Assembly (NCBI GenBank): GCA_016204255.1
Contig: JACQLA010000005.1
Span: 68,339 to 132,338 of the forward strand
Direction of reading: 5' to 3'
DNA length: 64,000 nucleotides
DNA from: Candidatus Microgenomates bacterium
GTDB taxonomy: Bacteria; Patescibacteriota; Microgenomatia; JACQLA01
Position 1 is the first letter of the stretch; each line of letters opens with the position of its first letter. A model generated the notes under the pieces. The model was not told the DNA's origin. It saw only the letters and a program-made list of their open reading frames with translations, and did not search any database. Positions 59,563 to 64,000 of the stretch are shown here, in pieces. Made by a program: the position numbers and the translations under genes.

Positions 59563-60723
59563 ATGCGTATCTTAGGAATTGAGAGCTCTTGTGATGAAAC
59601 CGGGGCGGCGATTGTCGAAGACGGAACAAAAATTTTATCCAATATTGTTGCCTCCTCTCAGGAATTACATATAAAAACCGGTGGCATTATTCCGGAAGTT
59701 GCCTCGCGCGAACAAATCAAATATATTGTTCCGGTCATCAATCAAGCACTTAAAGGAGCACTTCCTGAAACTCTAAACTCTGCGCCATATGTCCTGTCTC
59801 AAATAGACGCCATCGCAGTTACGGTTGGCCCAGGACTCATCGGCTCACTTTTGGTCGGCGTGGAAACAGCCAAAACATTGGCCTACCTTTGGAATAAACC
59901 GATTATCCCCGCTAACCATTTACTCGCTCATCTTTATGCTAACTGGGTCTCTCCCTTGTTATCGCAAGACCATAAAGTGGCGAAGCAATCCCTTAATCTC
60001 AATAGTAAGATTGCCGCGTCGCCTACGGCTCCTCGCAATGACGAATCTCAAACTCCAAGCTTCCCCGCCGTCGCTTTGATTGCTTCCGGCGGTCATACCG
60101 ACCTCCTTTTAATAAAGAATCACGGTAAAATCCGGTGGCTGGGAGGAACACGGGATGACGCGGCCGGTGAGGCTTTTGACAAAATCGCCCGACTTTTAGA
60201 ACTCCCCTATCCCGGCGGACCGGAAATTGCGGCCGAAGCCACAAAACTAAAAACTAAAAACTTAAAACTTACAATTAAGTTGCCGCGCCCATTGATGGAC
60301 GCCGATGATTTTGACTTCAGTTTTAGTGGACTAAAAACCGCTGTTTTAAGAGAAGTCAATAATCTCAAGGCTAAACACTATAATGATACATATTATTATA
60401 GTGAAATAATTCCTTCACTCGCCTACGAGGTTCAAGAGGCCATTACGGATGTTTTAGTTACTAAAACCATCCGCGCCGCCCAAAAATATCGGGTTAAATC
60501 AATCTTACTCGGCGGCGGTGTTGTGGCCAATGAAAGACTTCGAGAAAAAATGTCAAAATCTGTTCTTAAGTTTTTTGGTTCTTCAGTTTCAATGTTTGTG
60601 CCTCCGACCCGATTGTGCACCGATAATGCCGTCGTCATCGCTTCAGCCGCCTTTTTTAATTATAAACCTGTTCCTTGGAAAAAAATCCAAGCCCACCCGG
60701 ATCTTTACTTCCAGTCTCAATAG
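59563..60723 (+). CDS. tsaD: tRNA N6-adenosine threonylcarbamoyltransferase TsaD, with insertions
   Basis: MRILGIESSCDET, GPGL.GSL, H..AH, SGGHT, DDAAGEAFDK, FSFSGLKT, CTDNA; RBS AAGGAG before ATG 59563. Confidence 0.96.
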   Translation: MRILGIESSCDETGAAIVEDGTKILSNIVASSQELHIKTGGIIPEVASREQIKYIVPVINQALKGALPETLNSAPYVLSQIDAIAVTVGPGLIGSLLVGVETAKTLAYLWNKPIIPANHLLAHLYANWVSPLLSQDHKVAKQSLNLNSKIAASPTAPRNDESQTPSFPAVALIASGGHTDLLLIKNHGKIRWLGGTRDDAAGEAFDKIARLLELPYPGGPEIAAEATKLKTKNLKLTIKLPRPLMDADDFDFSFSGLKTAVLREVNNLKAKHYNDTYYYSEIIPSLAYEVQEAITDVLVTKTIRAAQKYRVKSILLGGGVVANERLREKMSKSVLKFFGSSVSMFVPPTRLCTDNAVVIASAAFFNYKPVPWKKIQAHPDLYFQSQ

Positions 60724-60789
60724 ATAATTTAGATGATTCTATAGCCCGCAGAGGACGTCTCGCTAAAAATATGTTAAAATCCTCATCGT

Positions 60790-60957
60790 ATGGCAATCCC
60801 TTTTCTCGAGCGAGTCGGTCGGAGCGTAGATCACTTTATTCAGCGGCGGCTTACCCCTCCAGAGGAAAAAGACGCACTCGAAATAGATTTAGCTCAGCAA
60901 GAGTTAGAAGCTTCCGAAAGGAAAATGGCTGGCAAAAATATTGACAAAAAGATCTAG
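60790..60957 (+). CDS. Small hypothetical protein (55 aa), missing from the ORF track
   Basis: MAIPFLERVGRSVDHFIQRRLTPPEEKDALEIDLAQQELEASERKMAGKNIDKKI; fills the tsaD-valS gap. Confidence 0.5.
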   Translation: MAIPFLERVGRSVDHFIQRRLTPPEEKDALEIDLAQQELEASERKMAGKNIDKKI

Positions 60958-60971
60958 GAAGCCGTCAAAAT

Positions 60972-63467
60972 ATGGATAAAACTTACAATTTTAAACAATC
61001 TGAGGAAAAATGGTATTCTTTTTGGGAAAAAGAGGGCTTTTTTAAGCCGAAAGTTGATCAAAAAAACCTGCCTGCTCGCCTCACGGCGAAGCGGGCCGGC
61101 AAGACAGGGAAGCCTTTTGTGATTGTCATTCCCCCACCCAACATTACCGGCTCATTACATATGGGCCACGCCCTTAATAATACTGTCCAGGATATTTTAA
61201 TCCGTCTCAGTCGAATGAAGGGCAACCCGACTCTTTGGATTCCCGGAACGGACCATGCCGGTATCGCCACCCAAAATGTGGTTGAGAAGAATTTAGCTAA
61301 AGAAGGAAAAAGTCGTTTTGACCTAGGTAAAGAGCAATTTGTTGAAAGGGTTTGGGAATGGAAAGAAAAGTATGGACATATCATTACCGACCAACTGAAA
61401 ACTTTAGGTTGTTCTTGCGACTGGTCGCGCCAGCGCTTTACAATGGATGAAAATTACCTTAAGGCTGTTAATGAGGCCTTTCGCCATTACTGGGAAAAGG
61501 GCTGGATCTATCGAGGCGAACGCTGTATCAACTGGTGTCCTCGCTGTGGAACAAGCCTTTCCGACCTTGAAGTAGTTTATAAAGAGGAAGAGGCAAAACT
61601 TTACTACATTAAGTATGGGCCAATAACGATTGCCACTGTCCGCCCAGAAACCAAATTGGGTGACACCGCCGTCGCCGTCAACCCCAAAGATCCCCGCTAT
61701 AAAGAATTTATCGACAAGACTATCGATATTCAGACCGTCTTGGGCCCGGCCAAAATGAAGGTTATTGCTGATGAGTCGATTGATACGAAATTCGGCACTG
61801 GTGCAATGAAAGTTACCCCGGCCCATGACCCCCATGATTTCGAACTGGGGGAAAAACATGGTCTTGAAAGAAAGCAGGTTATTGGGCCTGATGGCCGAAT
61901 GACCCAACTTGCCGGTAAATACGCCGGGTTAAAGGTAAGCGAGGCAAGAACACAGATTATTGAGGAGATGGAAAAAATTGGGATTTTGGAAAAAGTCGAG
62001 CCCTACCATCACAATGTCGCCACTTGCTATCGCTGTGGCAGAGTCTTGGAACCCTTGCTTTCAAAACAGTGGTTTTTAAAAATGGCTGATTTGGCAAAGC
62101 CGGCGATTAAGGTTGTTGTAGAGGGAAAAATTAAATTTGTCCCCTCCCGCTGGAAAAAAGTCTATCTTGACTGGCTGAAAAATATTCGGGATTGGTGTAT
62201 CTCGCGTCAAATTTGGTGGGGCATCCAGATCCCCGTTTGGCATTGCGGTGGACTGGAAAAAAGTGGACTTTACCGTCTTGGATTTCATGAAAGCGTCGTA
62301 CCGCAGGTTTTTGCCGACAAGACCAAAACCTACCGTCTGCGTGATCATCTGTTAAAAGTCGGGCAAGAGGTAGCTTTTGAGAATAGCCAGACTAAAAAAC
62401 TTTTTGGCTATGGGAAAATTACAAATATTGAACACACAACGGTTGGAGAAATTCAATTGGATGACCCGGCCCACAGTGCCACTTATCAAACCCGCCAACA
62501 ACTAATTGCCGCCTTCAAAAGACATCACCCGGAAAAGGAGATAAATGAAGGCACGCCAGCAATAATTTATACTTATCAATTTAAGTCTATTAAAGATTCC
62601 GCTGTCAAAAACGGCTGTGGGGAAATGATTGTTTCTACCGAAAAACCAAAGACATGTCCGACTTGCGGAGGAAGTCGTTTAATCCAGGACGCAGACACTT
62701 TAGACACCTGGTTTTCTTCTGCCCTTTGGCCTTTCGCCACTTTAGGTTGGCCTAAAGAAACTGCGGATTTAAAATATTTCTATCCCACGACCGTTTTATC
62801 AACTGCCCGCGATATTATCTTTCTTTGGGTGGCCCGAATGGTTTTCTCCAGCCTTGAATTTATGGACAAAGAGATTCCTTTTTCCCAGGTCTATATTCAT
62901 CCGACCATTTTTAACAAGGAAGGAAAAAGAATGAGTAAATCTTTGGGGACGGGCGTTGATCCTTTGGAGTTAATTGAAAAATATGGCGCTGACGCAACCC
63001 GCTTTGGTTTGATGTATATGAATACTGGAACTCAAGATATTAAATTTTCTGAGGAAGCAATTTTGGCCGCGAGAAATTTTTGCAATAAAATTTGGAATGC
63101 CTCCCGTTTCGTTCTCTCTCAGCCTAAACCCTACCCCCTATCCCCTGGACCCTCTAATCATCCCGACGACCAGTGGATCCTTGAGCAATTGGAGAAAACT
63201 ATTAAGTCGGTAAACGCCGACTTAGATCACTTCCGTTTTGGGCAGGCGGCTCACACTTTATACGACTTTTTCTGGCATGATTTTTGCGATAAGTATTTGG
63301 AGATTAGCAAGAAAAGACGTGAAGAAGCGCAACCGGTCCTGCTGTATGTGTTGGAAAATTCTTTAAAACTTCTCCACCCGTTTATGCCTTTCATCACCGA
63401 GGAAATTTATCAGCTCCTCCCCCATCACGAAAAATCCATAATGACTGCCGACTGGCCTAAGGCATAA
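60972..63467 (+). CDS. valS: Valine--tRNA ligase with an inserted ASCH-like domain and no C-terminal coiled coil
   Basis: PPPNITGSLHMGHA, GTDHAGIATQ, DWCISRQIWWG, DTLDTWFSS, RMSKS. Confidence 0.96.
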   Translation: MDKTYNFKQSEEKWYSFWEKEGFFKPKVDQKNLPARLTAKRAGKTGKPFVIVIPPPNITGSLHMGHALNNTVQDILIRLSRMKGNPTLWIPGTDHAGIATQNVVEKNLAKEGKSRFDLGKEQFVERVWEWKEKYGHIITDQLKTLGCSCDWSRQRFTMDENYLKAVNEAFRHYWEKGWIYRGERCINWCPRCGTSLSDLEVVYKEEEAKLYYIKYGPITIATVRPETKLGDTAVAVNPKDPRYKEFIDKTIDIQTVLGPAKMKVIADESIDTKFGTGAMKVTPAHDPHDFELGEKHGLERKQVIGPDGRMTQLAGKYAGLKVSEARTQIIEEMEKIGILEKVEPYHHNVATCYRCGRVLEPLLSKQWFLKMADLAKPAIKVVVEGKIKFVPSRWKKVYLDWLKNIRDWCISRQIWWGIQIPVWHCGGLEKSGLYRLGFHESVVPQVFADKTKTYRLRDHLLKVGQEVAFENSQTKKLFGYGKITNIEHTTVGEIQLDDPAHSATYQTRQQLIAAFKRHHPEKEINEGTPAIIYTYQFKSIKDSAVKNGCGEMIVSTEKPKTCPTCGGSRLIQDADTLDTWFSSALWPFATLGWPKETADLKYFYPTTVLSTARDIIFLWVARMVFSSLEFMDKEIPFSQVYIHPTIFNKEGKRMSKSLGTGVDPLELIEKYGADATRFGLMYMNTGTQDIKFSEEAILAARNFCNKIWNASRFVLSQPKPYPLSPGPSNHPDDQWILEQLEKTIKSVNADLDHFRFGQAAHTLYDFFWHDFCDKYLEISKKRREEAQPVLLYVLENSLKLLHPFMPFITEEIYQLLPHHEKSIMTADWPKA

Positions 63468-63510
63468 AGAGACGCGGTAGTTCTTTTTCCACTTTAGTAG
63501 GAACAATAAA

Positions 63511-64000
63511 ATGAGTGCTAGCGAAAGAGGAAAACATTTTTTAACAAAGGTCAATGATGCGTATACTCAACTTAATGCCCGGGCTGAGCTTCTAATGTGG
63601 AAAATTCAAGATGCTGTCGAATATCCTTTAGGGGAATTAAGTGAATTAAAACATGCTCTTACTTTTCCGCTCCTTCTTAAAAGAGGACTTAAGAAAAATC
63701 TAAGTATTTTAGATTGCCAGCCTGAAGAAAGATGGGGAAATCAAGCCCTACGCGATACCGAAAAGTGGCTTTTGGATAAAAAAGCTACTCCCGGCGCAGC
63801 AATTATGATTCCTTTGGGGGCTTGGTTATTAAATTCTCGCTACCTAAAACCCGAGCTCGGAAGCAGTTTTCCGATTGGTATTATGGGACGTCAGGATACA
63901 CATGAAGCACTGGAGGTGGTATATTTCTATCCTTGTCTAATTTCTTTTAATCCTAACCAGCTAGCAGAAATCGGGCAGCGATTTGAAGAGGAATTAAAAC
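63511..64000 (+). CDS. Hypothetical protein, runs off the window end
   Basis: Open frame from ATG 63511 (MSASERGKHFLTKVNDAY...) to the end of the window. Confidence 0.55.
   Translation, partial: MSASERGKHFLTKVNDAYTQLNARAELLMWKIQDAVEYPLGELSELKHALTFPLLLKRGLKKNLSILDCQPEERWGNQALRDTEKWLLDKKATPGAAIMIPLGAWLLNSRYLKPELGSSFPIGIMGRQDTHEALEVVYFYPCLISFNPNQLAEIGQRFEEELK

Noticed and set aside
60376..60403. dif site
   Set aside because: 28-bp palindrome but no XerD arm (TTATGTTAAAT), and it lies in frame inside tsaD
60675..60944. 89-aa ORF overlapping the tsaD end
   Set aside because: Overlaps tsaD and has implausible composition; the 60790-60957 frame is preferred
62247..62615. Intein in valS
   Set aside because: No C-terminal His-Asn followed by Cys/Ser/Thr and no recognisable splicing blocks

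Overview
Gene-dense, AT-rich bacterial chromosomal window whose gene content and style (short IF-2, MetRS and ValRS; pilN/pilO; FemABX; many single-pass surface proteins; little metabolism) point to Patescibacteria/CPR, probably Microgenomates (inference). Core blocks: nusA-infB-DHH-rpsO-pnp-Lon-like ATPase-rnj-ftsK-rodZ-like; hrcA-grpE-dnaK-dnaJ and groES-groEL, both with CIRCE-like operators; murJ, rpsT, pilN/pilO, LCP, tpiA, two UvrD-family helicases, rmuC, metG-tatD, a surface-glycan cluster, tsaD and valS. No rRNA, tRNA, CRISPR array, transposase or integrase was recognised. Most notable observations: (1) two related 101-bp TGT...ACA nested-palindrome elements (422-522 and 20819-20919) with compensatory base changes, each directly 3' of a core gene and next to accessory DNA (a truncated gene plus vsr; a 57-aa orphan); (2) a membrane sensor (Cache/HAMP-like) fused to trehalose-6-phosphate synthase, followed by a degenerate Fido-like gene and alkD; (3) an ASCH/PUA-like domain inserted in ValRS; (4) several palindromic and short tandem repeat families, including in-frame insertions in tsaD, valS, tatD and a nucleotidyltransferase; (5) a Lon ATPase with no protease domain; (6) candidate structured RNA leaders. 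All calls come from motif recognition by eye; no database searches were run.
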